From Alphaproteobacteria bacterium (lineage in GTDB: Bacteria > Pseudomonadota > Alphaproteobacteria > Rs-D84), in contig JAFUTJ010000018.1 in assembly GCA_017471445.1 (NCBI GenBank), positions 10,871-74,870 on the forward strand: a stretch of 64,000 nt of DNA, read 5' to 3'. Below are positions 10,257-18,281 of the stretch, piece after piece; within the stretch, counting starts at the first letter, position 1; the number at the start of each line of letters is the position of its first letter. The notes beneath the pieces are model-generated. The model saw only the letters and a list, made by a program, of their open reading frames with translations, was not told where the DNA came from and did not search any database. Position numbers and translations under genes: made by a program.

Positions 10257-11001
10257 TTATTAAATCGCTCTCAATTGTCATACCGGATTTTAATGTCAAA
10301 TCAGGGTTATCAAACCGAACCTTGACACCGTACACCAAACGCATTCTTTCTTCGCGTGTTTGTACGTTCTTGGGTGTGAATTCGGCATTCTCGCTGATTT
10401 TCACGATATGTCCGGAAAATCGCATATTTGATGCCTCGGGCAAAATGCCGGTAACTGTTTGACCAACGCGTAATTTATACAAAACATCATACGGCACATA
10501 AAAATACGCCCATATATCATCCGGATTTGATATCGTAATCAATGGTGTGCCAGGCGCGACAATTTCGCCAACTTCACGAAATCTGGTCGTTACCGTACCA
10601 TTAATTGGCGATGTCACATGACACCAACTTAACTGTAAATCATTGCCATTTTTACGGGCGGTTGCGGCATCCAATTCCGCTTGGGATGCATGTTCACGCC
10701 GAAACAGTTCAACAATACGGTTATAATCATTATCAATTTGTGGCGCAGAAACACGTTGCGTATCACACGACAAATCAATTAACGCATCCCCCGCAGATAC
10801 CGTATCACCTTCGGCGACGTGTATTTGTGACACGTCCGACGCAACACGCGCAGACAACACAACGCGTGATGTTTCCAATGTACCCGCATACATAAACGGC
10901 ACACAAAACCAGCACCGGTATACCACATAACCCGCGATACACATTGCCGCACAAATTCCGGCATATACATATTGACGTTTTGTTATTTTTGACATATTCA
11001 T
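10249..11001 (-). CDS. HlyD-family periplasmic adaptor (YbhG-like)
   Basis: 250 aa with N-terminal TM anchor and lipoyl/beta-barrel adaptor motifs. ATGA overlap with the TetR stop. Confidence 0.75.
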   Translation of the reverse strand: MNMSKITKRQYVYAGICAAMCIAGYVVYRCWFCVPFMYAGTLETSRVVLSARVASDVSQIHVAEGDTVSAGDALIDLSCDTQRVSAPQIDNDYNRIVELFRREHASQAELDAATARKNGNDLQLSWCHVTSPINGTVTTRFREVGEIVAPGTPLITISNPDDIWAYFYVPYDVLYKLRVGQTVTGILPEASNMRFSGHIVKISENAEFTPKNVQTREERMRLVYGVKVRFDNPDLTLKSGMTIESDLINE

Positions 11002-11609
11002 TTGTTCCCCCCATATAATAACAATTCAATATTGTTTAAGATTTGTTCTTTGGCATGGGCCAAAAATTCCTGCGGGCGATGATATGCACTGTTATGCAAC
11101 CGCAATGACATCACCGGACTAAAAATACAATGCGCACGAATGTATGCCGCATCTTCATCAACACCTATTTCGTCCATTATCAGACGCGTTATCCGCATCT
11201 TTAATGGGTTTATTATATCGTTATATATCTTGTTATATCCGCCCCCAGGCGAAATAAATTCACGCACAACAATCATTGTCATTTCATTTGATATACCATC
11301 AGAAAACAAGAAATCAAAAAAACACCCCAGCGCAAACCTTATACGTTCAATCGGTGTCTTGTCATGCGCGGACACATATTCATCAATATTGCGAACAAAT
11401 GCACTTTTTACCTGGGCGACAATATCATCAATAACCGCATCATACAATTTTTGTTTGGAACCAAAATAATAATTTATCGTACACAGGTTTACCCCAGATT
11501 TATAAACCAAATCACGTGTTGACACACCGTCAAACCCGTGTTCTGCAAACATTTGTGTCGCCGTGGCCAATAATTTTTCACGCGTATTGCGCATTCTTTT
11601 CCTTTCCAT
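10998..11609 (-). CDS. TetR/AcrR family transcriptional regulator
   Basis: N-terminal HTH: LLATATQMFAEHGFDGVSTRDLVYKSGVNLCTINYYFGSKQKLY. First gene of the efflux operon. Confidence 0.85.
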   Translation of the reverse strand: MERKRMRNTREKLLATATQMFAEHGFDGVSTRDLVYKSGVNLCTINYYFGSKQKLYDAVIDDIVAQVKSAFVRNIDEYVSAHDKTPIERIRFALGCFFDFLFSDGISNEMTMIVVREFISPGGGYNKIYNDIINPLKMRITRLIMDEIGVDEDAAYIRAHCIFSPVMSLRLHNSAYHRPQEFLAHAKEQILNNIELLLYGGNK

Positions 11610-11641
11610 GCGGCATATAATATCACCAACACATTTTTAAG

Positions 11642-11653
11642 TCAAACGTTTGA
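11642..11653. promoter_or_regulatory. perfect 12-bp palindrome TCAAACGTTTGA, candidate TetR operator
   Basis: Read directly, 33-44 nt upstream of the TetR start codon in the operon promoter region. Confidence 0.4.
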
Positions 11654-11796
11654 TTTTATTCCCAGTGCAAAAAAATTGTTTTTAATCGTGTTTCTGTTTG
11701 TATTAGCCGATTTTATTCGCATTTATTATCACGCAATTGCAATAATATCTGTTCATATTCACATAACAAATAATTTATTAATAACATAAATAACGT

Positions 11797-12747
11797 TTAT
11801 TTTGCGATAAATGCATCTTCACAATTTTGCGCCATACGCATCATACGATTAGTTAATGTTACCAGCGATATATTAAACCCAACCGACACCCCCGAACCAA
11901 CTGTTGACACACCGGCCAAAACATTTGATGTCGTATTCAGATTCTGTTCTTTACGCTTTCCGGCATTTGTGTCATCATTGCGCACCGCATCAGAATTTGA
12001 TGCAGCACTGGTCACTGTTCCGACAATTGCCGCCGTACCACCAACAACAGATGCACCTAATACCCATTTTTCGCGTTTTTCTATTTTCTCTACATCGGTA
12101 ACATCAATCGCCACACAGTTATTAATTGCATTATCAATTGACATACGAATCGGGTGTTCATATGGGTTCACACCTGCGGCCGACATTTCATCACGAACAG
12201 ATTTTAATTCCATTATTGCGCGATTACACGCGGTTATATGCTGGGCCAGATCAGATTGATTTACGTTGATACCACTGATTATTGCGGACGCAATGTGTGT
12301 TGCGCCCGCCCCGGCCAGCAACCCCGTACGCCAATTTCCCAAATTACGCGATTGGTCACGTAATTGTTGCAACCGTGCAATTTCACCCATTGGCATCATA
12401 ACCGCATCAAAAAATTCTGAATCTGTCATGGCGGCGACACGGTCTGCATCACAGCCACCCGCATTACAAATTTGTTGTTCTATACGATTAATTTCACTAT
12501 CAACCGAATTCTTTTTTATACCGGCATATAACGCGCCACCGCCCATTGCCGCCCCAGCCGCACTAACCACAGTATTTACACGACTGATACCAGAAACAGA
12601 CGATATCTGGTCGGCGATACCACCACATACGCCACGCGCAATATCAAACGTTGCACCCGCGGTATCAATAACATCCGCCCCCAGACGACCCGGACACGTA
12701 ATAATTGCAATAAAGGCGTAAAATACAACTCGCACACGCATGTTCAT
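11797..12747 (-). CDS. hypothetical secreted/membrane protein, Gly/Ala-rich segments
   Basis: Start trimmed from 12843 (which overlaps tRNA-Pro) to MNMRVRVVFYAFIAIITCPG, a signal-like N-terminus. No recognisable domain. Confidence 0.55.
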   Translation of the reverse strand: MNMRVRVVFYAFIAIITCPGRLGADVIDTAGATFDIARGVCGGIADQISSVSGISRVNTVVSAAGAAMGGGALYAGIKKNSVDSEINRIEQQICNAGGCDADRVAAMTDSEFFDAVMMPMGEIARLQQLRDQSRNLGNWRTGLLAGAGATHIASAIISGINVNQSDLAQHITACNRAIMELKSVRDEMSAAGVNPYEHPIRMSIDNAINNCVAIDVTDVEKIEKREKWVLGASVVGGTAAIVGTVTSAASNSDAVRNDDTNAGKRKEQNLNTTSNVLAGVSTVGSGVSVGFNISLVTLTNRMMRMAQNCEDAFIAK

Positions 12748-12798
12748 AATTATAACACACCCACGGGCATATAACGAAAATAAAAAAATAACAAAATC

Positions 12799-12875
12799 TG
12801 GTCGGGGCGACAGGAATCGAACCTGCGACCCCTTGCACCCCATGCAAGTACTCTACCAGGCTGAGCTACGCCCCG
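12799..12875 (-). tRNA. tRNA-Pro (anticodon GGG)
   Basis: Hand-folded 77-nt cloverleaf: CGGGGCG acceptor, anticodon loop AUGGGGU, GGTTCGATTCC T-arm, encoded CCA. Confidence 0.9.
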
Positions 12876-13009
12876 ACATGCCCATAATACTAAACCACAA
12901 CAGCTAAAAATACAAATGATTTTTACACAACAATTTTGTTCTTGCACGAATCGATAAAATGCTATTAGTATGCGCATGTAATTTAACCGTCAGCCAAAGG
13001 AAAGGAACA

Positions 13010-13384
13010 ATGATTATTGGTATTGGAATTGACCTGGTGGAAAGCGGCCGATTCTTGGATTGGTCCGCATTCAAAAAACAACGCATATTTACAAAAAAAG
13101 AATTGGAATACGCCGATAATGACAACGCAAATGCAGAAAAACATTTGGCAAACTTTTGGGCCGCACGCGAGGCGTGTCTGAAAGCACTGGGGACAGGTTT
13201 TGGTGATGAAATTGCGTTTCCCGATGTGTCGGTAACACACAATGATGCCGGCCAACCAGAATTATTATTAAACGGTGGGGCCAAGGCACGCCTGAAAGAA
13301 TTGGCGGGGGGCGCGGCAAAGGTGCACCTGTCTATTACAGACCAGGCGGATTATTCCGCCGCAATGGTTGTTATTGAAAAGTAG
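13010..13384 (+). CDS. acpS: holo-[acyl-carrier-protein] synthase
   Basis: MIIGIGIDLVE...FTKKELEY...FWAAREACLKALGTG is the AcpS signature. Start trimmed to ATG 13010 after AAAGGAA. Confidence 0.85.
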   Translation: MIIGIGIDLVESGRFLDWSAFKKQRIFTKKELEYADNDNANAEKHLANFWAAREACLKALGTGFGDEIAFPDVSVTHNDAGQPELLLNGGAKARLKELAGGAAKVHLSITDQADYSAAMVVIEK

Positions 13385-13396
13385 AAATATTCTGTT

Positions 13397-13502
13397 TAGT
13401 GAACAGTGTATGAATGCCCGCGTGTGAAACACGCGGGCGCATAATTATATAAATTGCGTCGCATGGAATTATCCATTCGACGCATGAAAACACTGTTCAC
13501 TA
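13397..13502. repeat. 106-bp element: perfect 13-bp terminal inverted repeats enclosing two hairpins (MITE-like or structured RNA)
   Basis: TAGTGAACAGTGT (13397-13409) and ACACTGTTCACTA (13490-13502). Inner hairpins are GCCCGCGTGT-GAA-ACACGCGGGC (13416-13438) and 13455-13484. Confidence 0.5.
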
Positions 13503-13514
13503 TTAACTATTCTC

Positions 13515-14330
13515 TTAATTGGTTGGCACCAATTTCCCGCCCTGCCCCGGTTTTGCACTAATCCAACACGTTGCGCCATTACGTGGTACGGCCATGGCGT
13601 ATTTTGTGTGCTTTTCGGCATATATGTTTATTCCGTTCATTGCGGTGTCACCAATCCGGCACAGTGGTAAACACCGGTCATCGGATGTGTGACCGAATCC
13701 ATCGTCACATTCCCACGGACAATTTCCAACATCCGGTGTGCCCGCACCGGTATAGTGTGCATTTGCCGGGGCATTTGTGCATGGTTTTAGTTCAGAATAT
13801 TCACATATTGTCCTTGTGGCTATGCTTGCGGGATTACCATGAAAACAATCGGCCAGGTAATAACCTTTTGATACCCCAGTATATACGCTATATACATCGG
13901 TTGTACCACGATAGTAACTGTTCCATTCAACGCCGTCCCTAATCGTAGTGTAATAATGTGATTTAAGTATTCTATAGGTATTACCATCATTTAATGGCAT
14001 TTGTACAAAAACATTTACATAACACTCTTTCACTTTTGTTGCGTCACTCACACCACGTCCCGTATATGTTCCGGCGCCTGCCACTCCTACAGACACTGCC
14101 TCTGGATAAATAGTCGCCCAGTCGACATCGTTTGCGGGACACTTAATACGCATATTATCCCCAGGGCAATAATGACCGTTACCACATACAACGCAAACAC
14201 CCGTGCCGTCGTCATAATACCCGGCCTTGCATGTTGCGGCATGGGCCGTGCCGACACCGCCAACCGCCGCCAGTACACAAATCGCCATACCACGAATTTT
14301 ATGTTTATTATAACATATAAATCTTGTCAT
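13515..14330 (-). CDS. secreted cysteine-rich repeat protein
   Basis: Signal peptide ending in AHA. CKAGYYDDGTGVCVVCGNGHYCPG furin/GCC2-GCC3-like Cys spacing. SD GGGGGA lies 9 nt before ATG 14330. Confidence 0.65.
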   Translation of the reverse strand: MTRFICYNKHKIRGMAICVLAAVGGVGTAHAATCKAGYYDDGTGVCVVCGNGHYCPGDNMRIKCPANDVDWATIYPEAVSVGVAGAGTYTGRGVSDATKVKECYVNVFVQMPLNDGNTYRILKSHYYTTIRDGVEWNSYYRGTTDVYSVYTGVSKGYYLADCFHGNPASIATRTICEYSELKPCTNAPANAHYTGAGTPDVGNCPWECDDGFGHTSDDRCLPLCRIGDTAMNGINIYAEKHTKYAMAVPRNGATCWISAKPGQGGKLVPTN

Positions 14331-14608
14331 GATTTCATTCCCCCATTTGGTTTATTAAATTAAAAACGCCGCAACAGAAATCGCGGTCGGGGTGTTCAAC
14401 AATCATGTACATCTATGATTCCGGCGGCCTTGGTGGATTTTAAGCCATTTATAACCGTCGGCACCCCAACAATGGTTGGGGAATACATAAATGCGATGCA
14501 CGGCAAATGCCGACACCGGATGTACATGGGCCGTTGAAAGCCCCCTGAACCCAACTGATGCCGGGTTCATGCATAGATAATTTTAATGAAACGGTAAAAT
14601 AATTACAA
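14331..14608 (-). promoter_or_regulatory. promoter plus ~243-nt structured leader (copy B of a repeated leader)
   Basis: TTGTAA (14608-14603), 17-nt spacer, TAAAAT (14585-14580). Segments 1 CCCCAAC, 2 GUUGGGGUG, 3 CACCCCGAC, then the terminator. Shares sequence blocks with 40095-40415. Confidence 0.6.
14362..14386 (-). terminator. leader (attenuator) terminator of copy B
   Basis: CCGCGA-UUUCUG-UUGCGG followed by CGUUUUU, about 30 nt before the SD of the 14330 gene. Confidence 0.55.
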
Positions 14609-14632
14609 TATAAAATTATTGATATGCGCATT

Positions 14633-14657
14633 AAAAAACGCGGCATCGCCGCGTTTT
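14633..14657 (-). terminator. intrinsic terminator after rplI
   Basis: CGCGGC-N3-GCCGCG hairpin directly after the rplI TAA, followed by U6. Confidence 0.75.
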
Positions 14658-15263
14658 TTATTCTGCCGTGGCGGCATCCGCCGATTCCGACGGTTCTGAC
14701 TTTACATCAGATTCTGTTTTTTCTGATTCTGTTTCCGATTCAGCGGCCGGTTCTTCGTCAACCTTCTTGGTACCGAACGTCAAAACCTTGCCCGCAACCA
14801 ATGCGTCAATTTCATCTTGGGTTTGTGCAACATAAACACGCACCGGAACAATAACATCGGCATGCAATGCGATTTTTGTATCAAACGCACCAACCGATTT
14901 AATCGGGGCCCCCAACATAACCTGGGCGGATTCAACAGATACATTTGCAACATCTTTTAACATGCGCGCGATATCACGCGTAGACACCGAACCATACAAT
15001 TGACCAGTATCACCCGCCTGGCGTATCATGTGCAATTTTGCGTTACGCACCGCGTCAACATTCGCCTCGGCGGATTTACGTGCGGCTTCGTGGCGGGCCG
15101 TTAATTCTGCCTTTTGGGCTTCAAATAATGCGACGTTTTCACGTGTGTAACGCATCGCCTTGCCATTTGGCAATAAATAGTTACGTGCGAAACCAGTCTT
15201 TACTTCAACCGTATCGCCGATATTGCCCAGTTTTGTAATTTTTTCTGTTAAAATAACTTTCAT
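14658..15263 (-). CDS. rplI: 50S ribosomal protein L9 with acidic C-terminal extension
   Basis: MKVILTEKITKLGNIGDTVEVKTGFARNYLLPNGKA. About 50 extra acidic residues at the C-terminus. Confidence 0.9.
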   Translation of the reverse strand: MKVILTEKITKLGNIGDTVEVKTGFARNYLLPNGKAMRYTRENVALFEAQKAELTARHEAARKSAEANVDAVRNAKLHMIRQAGDTGQLYGSVSTRDIARMLKDVANVSVESAQVMLGAPIKSVGAFDTKIALHADVIVPVRVYVAQTQDEIDALVAGKVLTFGTKKVDEEPAAESETESEKTESDVKSEPSESADAATAE

Positions 15264-15294
15264 AATCTGTCCTTTCTTTATTAAAAGTTAGGGA

Positions 15295-15522
15295 TTAACC
15301 CAAATTGTTACGAACGAACGGCAACAGCCCCAAGTGACGTGCGCGTTTGATGGCCGTGGCCAATGCGCGTTGGTCTTTCTGGGAAACGCCGCTGATGCGG
15401 GACGGAACAATCTTGCCACGTTCGGTGATATAGTGTCCCAATAATTTCGCATCTTTGTAGTCAATAACCTTGCCCTTTAACGGGTTTGATTTTTTACGAT
15501 AAATTGCTGCACGAACTGCCAT
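15295..15522 (-). CDS. rpsR: 30S ribosomal protein S18
   Basis: [38 protein letters not shown]. Start overlaps the rpsF stop (TAATG). Confidence 0.9.
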   Translation of the reverse strand: MAVRAAIYRKKSNPLKGKVIDYKDAKLLGHYITERGKIVPSRISGVSQKDQRALATAIKRARHLGLLPFVRNNLG

Positions 15523-15860
15523 TATTCTGCCTCCTCGGTATTCTTTTTCATCATAACGGATGGTGTTTCCGACAACTTTTCAACGCGAACATTCAAGAAG
15601 CGAATAACGTCTTCGTCAATGCGGGAACGGCGTTCTAATTCGGTTATTTGCGCACCCGGCAATTCAATGTTCAGCATGACATAATGTGCCTTGCGATTTT
15701 TACGAATTACATAGGCCAGATTTTTCAATCCCCAAAATTCGGTTGATTTCACATCACCGCCCAATTCATTAATGATACCTGTGAACTTTGCCGCTTTTTC
15801 TTTGACCTGCGGTTCGGTCAAGTCTTGGCGAAAAACCAAGACACTTTCGTAATATGCCAT
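15522..15860 (-). CDS. rpsF: 30S ribosomal protein S6
   Basis: [22 protein letters not shown]-track start 16064 runs into tRNA-Arg, so trimmed to ATG 15860. Confidence 0.9.
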   Translation of the reverse strand: MAYYESVLVFRQDLTEPQVKEKAAKFTGIINELGGDVKSTEFWGLKNLAYVIRKNRKAHYVMLNIELPGAQITELERRSRIDEDVIRFLNVRVEKLSETPSVMMKKNTEEAE

Positions 15861-15885
15861 TTTATTTCCTTTGGTCTTTATATCA

Positions 15886-15908
15886 GGCGACGACCCCATG
15901 CCGTCACC
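15886..15908 (-). promoter_or_regulatory. hairpin in the rpsF 5' UTR, possible S6:S18 autoregulatory leader
   Basis: GGUGACG-N9-CGUCGCC, 7 bp including one G-U pair, between a CATAAT -10 box (15927-15922) and the SD. Confidence 0.3.
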
Positions 15909-16031
15909 AGGAACACCGCACATTATGAACATTTTTTTGATAAAATCAAGAAATTTAATAATAACGTTTCGGATTCTTGACCAATTCACACAATATGCCC
16001 AGCAATAACACACAAGGTAATCGTGATATTT

Positions 16032-16107
16032 TGGCATCCCCAACAGGATTCGAACCTGTATCAAGGGTTTAGGAAACCCCTATTCTATCCGATTGAACTA
16101 TGGGGAC
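16032..16107 (-). tRNA. tRNA-Arg (anticodon CCT)
   Basis: Hand-folded 76-nt cloverleaf: anticodon loop UUCCUAA, ACAGG-TTCGAAT-CCTGT T-arm, encoded CCA, G1-U72 pair. Confidence 0.85.
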
Positions 16108-16200
16108 ATGAAATGCCATGCATATTCTATTCCGCTTATTTTGATATTGCAAGTTCATTTCTGCAAATGTATAATGGCACCCGAAAGCAAAGGATTAACA

Positions 16201-17139
16201 ATGGGCAACAGATTGGTCGGATATGGTTCATACCTGCCACGGCGCGTTATGACAAACCATGATTTTGCAAAGATTTTGGACACATCTGACGAATGGATTG
16301 TTCAACGCACCGGTATCCGCGAACGCCACTATGCCGCCGATAACGAAACCGTGGCAGATATGGCGGTTATTGCGGCCACACGTGCATTGGAAAACGCAAA
16401 ATTGACCATTGACGATATTGACCTGATTATTGTTGCAACAACAACCCCAGAATTAGATTTTCCATCGGTCGCGGTTCAGGTTATGGGACGTCTGAACGCA
16501 ACACATGATATCCCGGCGTTTGATGTCCGCGGGGCGTGCACCGGTTACATATATGCGCTGCATTGTGCACGCGCATTCTTTACCGCCGGTATTCATGAAC
16601 GCATAATGATAATTGGCGCAGAAAAATTATCACGATTTATTGATTGGTCTGACCGCAGTACGGCTGTGCTGTTCGGTGACGGGGCGGGCGCAATGATTTT
16701 CCAACGTTCAACGTCCAGTTATTCTGGCATTATTGACACGGTTGTGATGTCTGATGGAAAATGCTTTGGCATGTTACACGGAACACCCGACCACCACATT
16801 GCTATGAACGGCCCAGAAACATATAAAAAGGCCGTTACATGCATGCCAGAGGCCGCACGTTACATCATGGAACACGCAGGCATTACGGCGGACAACGTTG
16901 ATTGGATTATTCCGCATCAGGCAAACCTGCGAATAATACAAAGTGGGGCCCAGCGTTTGGGATTTCCACTGGAAAAAATCTTGGTAACGGTGGACAAACA
17001 CGCAAATACCAGTGGTGCGTCGGGTGTGCTGGCATTGGCATATGGATTTGACAACGGATTAATAAAACCAGGCCAGTTGATTTTGTACCCTGCATTTGGC
17101 AGTGGACTGACCTGGGGGGCAACGCTGATACGCGTTTAA
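16201..17139 (+). CDS. fabH: 3-oxoacyl-ACP synthase III
   Basis: MGNRLVGYGSYLPRRVMTNHDF...DEWIVQRTGIRERH, active-site GACTGY, HQANLRI, NTSGAS. Start trimmed to ATG 16201. Confidence 0.9.
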   Translation: MGNRLVGYGSYLPRRVMTNHDFAKILDTSDEWIVQRTGIRERHYAADNETVADMAVIAATRALENAKLTIDDIDLIIVATTTPELDFPSVAVQVMGRLNATHDIPAFDVRGACTGYIYALHCARAFFTAGIHERIMIIGAEKLSRFIDWSDRSTAVLFGDGAGAMIFQRSTSSYSGIIDTVVMSDGKCFGMLHGTPDHHIAMNGPETYKKAVTCMPEAARYIMEHAGITADNVDWIIPHQANLRIIQSGAQRLGFPLEKILVTVDKHANTSGASGVLALAYGFDNGLIKPGQLILYPAFGSGLTWGATLIRV

Positions 17140-17167
17140 TAGGTGTTTTATAAAAAAGGGGTAAAAT

Positions 17168-17455
17168 ATGGCAACAATAACCAGAAATGATTTCGCCGCC
17201 AGATTGCGCGAACGCTTTGGATTAACAACCGCGGATGCATATAAAATGGTTGACGTGATATTTGATGAAATCAGTGAATCATTGGTCAATGGCGAAGAAG
17301 TAAAATTTGCCGGATTTGGCAGTTTCAAGATTCTGAATAAATCGGCACGCATGGGCCGCAACCCAAAGACCGGAACGCCCGCGGTAATATCGGCGCGGCG
17401 TGTTGTGTCTTTCCGCCCCAGCAGTGAATTTCGCACCCGTGTCGCAGACAAATAA
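17168..17455 (+). CDS. ihfA: integration host factor alpha-like (HU/IHF family)
   Basis: 95 aa with GFGSFKILNKSARMGRNPKTGTPAVISARRVVSFRPS. Confidence 0.8.
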   Translation: MATITRNDFAARLRERFGLTTADAYKMVDVIFDEISESLVNGEEVKFAGFGSFKILNKSARMGRNPKTGTPAVISARRVVSFRPSSEFRTRVADK

Positions 17456-17607
17456 CAAACGGCCCGGTGGTCCGTTTATCTTATTTATGATTTCAGATTT
17501 TTACCGCACGATGCGGCATTTCTTGCACCAATCAACATGACATAACGGGCCCCACAAAATTCAACAACACGACAGAACATTGTTGTTCCATAAATCCGAA
17601 AATTAAA

Positions 17608-17626
17608 ACGCGCCAATGGCGCGTTT
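17608..17626 (-). terminator. intrinsic terminator after carD
   Basis: AACGCGCC-AUU-GGCGCGUU followed by UUAAUUUU on the minus strand. Confidence 0.7.
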
Positions 17627-17627
17627 A

Positions 17628-18188
17628 TTATGAATCTTCATCTATTTCTTCTTCGTCGTCATTATCGGCGGCATTCAAATCAATTTCCTTTGGAATACCT
17701 AAAATATCTTCAATTTTGTCAGATGCAGCATCCAAATCAATTTTATGCAATACGGCAAATTCCTGGGCCATACGTTCCAACGCACGCAGATATAATTGCC
17801 GCGCAGAAAACGTCATGGTGTCGGTTTCACTGCGACGTTGCAGGTCACGAACCACTTCGGCCAGGCGCATCGGGTCACCCGAATTTATATTTTCTTCGTA
17901 CTGGGCCGCGCGACGCGCCCAAATCATACGTTTTGCCCCCGCCCGACCCTTGGCCGATGCGATTGCTTCATCCATTTTTTTCACCGTTGTCAATGGACGC
18001 AGTCCGGAAATTTCCACGCGGTCCATCGGCACACGCAGCGTCATATGATTACGCTCAAAATCAATAACCAACATTTTTATCGCCTGGCCAGCGATTGTCT
18101 GTTCCTCAACACGCAACAGTTTCCCAACACCCTGGGTTGGATAAACAACATACTGTCCGGCCTTAAAATCTAACTTTTTGCTTGGCAT
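17628..18188 (-). CDS. carD: CarD/CdnL family RNA-polymerase-binding regulator with acidic tail
   Basis: FKAGQYVVYPTQGVGKLLRVEEQTIAGQ...MTLRVP. C-terminal DNDDEEEIDEDS tail. Confidence 0.85.
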   Translation of the reverse strand: MPSKKLDFKAGQYVVYPTQGVGKLLRVEEQTIAGQAIKMLVIDFERNHMTLRVPMDRVEISGLRPLTTVKKMDEAIASAKGRAGAKRMIWARRAAQYEENINSGDPMRLAEVVRDLQRRSETDTMTFSARQLYLRALERMAQEFAVLHKIDLDAASDKIEDILGIPKEIDLNAADNDDEEEIDEDS

Positions 18189-18281
18189 ACACTATACCCC
18201 TTGGGTTGCCACTCTTCTCTGTACCACGGTCATTATACCATAAAATATCAGAAAAACAAATGGTTGTGCAAAAAATAATTT

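Noticed and set aside
9259-10462. 242-aa and 222-aa plus-strand ORFs
   Set aside because: Antisense to the two ABC ATPase genes, which have Walker A/B and signature motifs.
12266-12721. 151-aa plus-strand ORF
   Set aside because: Antisense to the longer 11797-12747 ORF, which has a signal-like N-terminus. The product is Ala/Pro/Ser low-complexity.
12665-12977. 60-aa and 75-aa minus-strand ORFs, and the 12748-12843 extension of the hypothetical gene
   Set aside because: They overlap tRNA-Pro.
14449-14646. 65-aa minus-strand ORF inside leader B (includes a Cys-rich 41-codon part from AUG 14574)
   Set aside because: Starts inside the rplI terminator and promoter. No SD. The equivalent frame in leader A is only 5 codons, so the conserved entity is more likely RNA. 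Kept as an alternative in the finding.
15861-16200. N-terminal extensions of the rpsF (to 16064) and fabH (from 16093) ORFs
   Set aside because: Both extensions run through tRNA-Arg on opposite strands. The conserved protein N-termini begin at 15860 and 16201.
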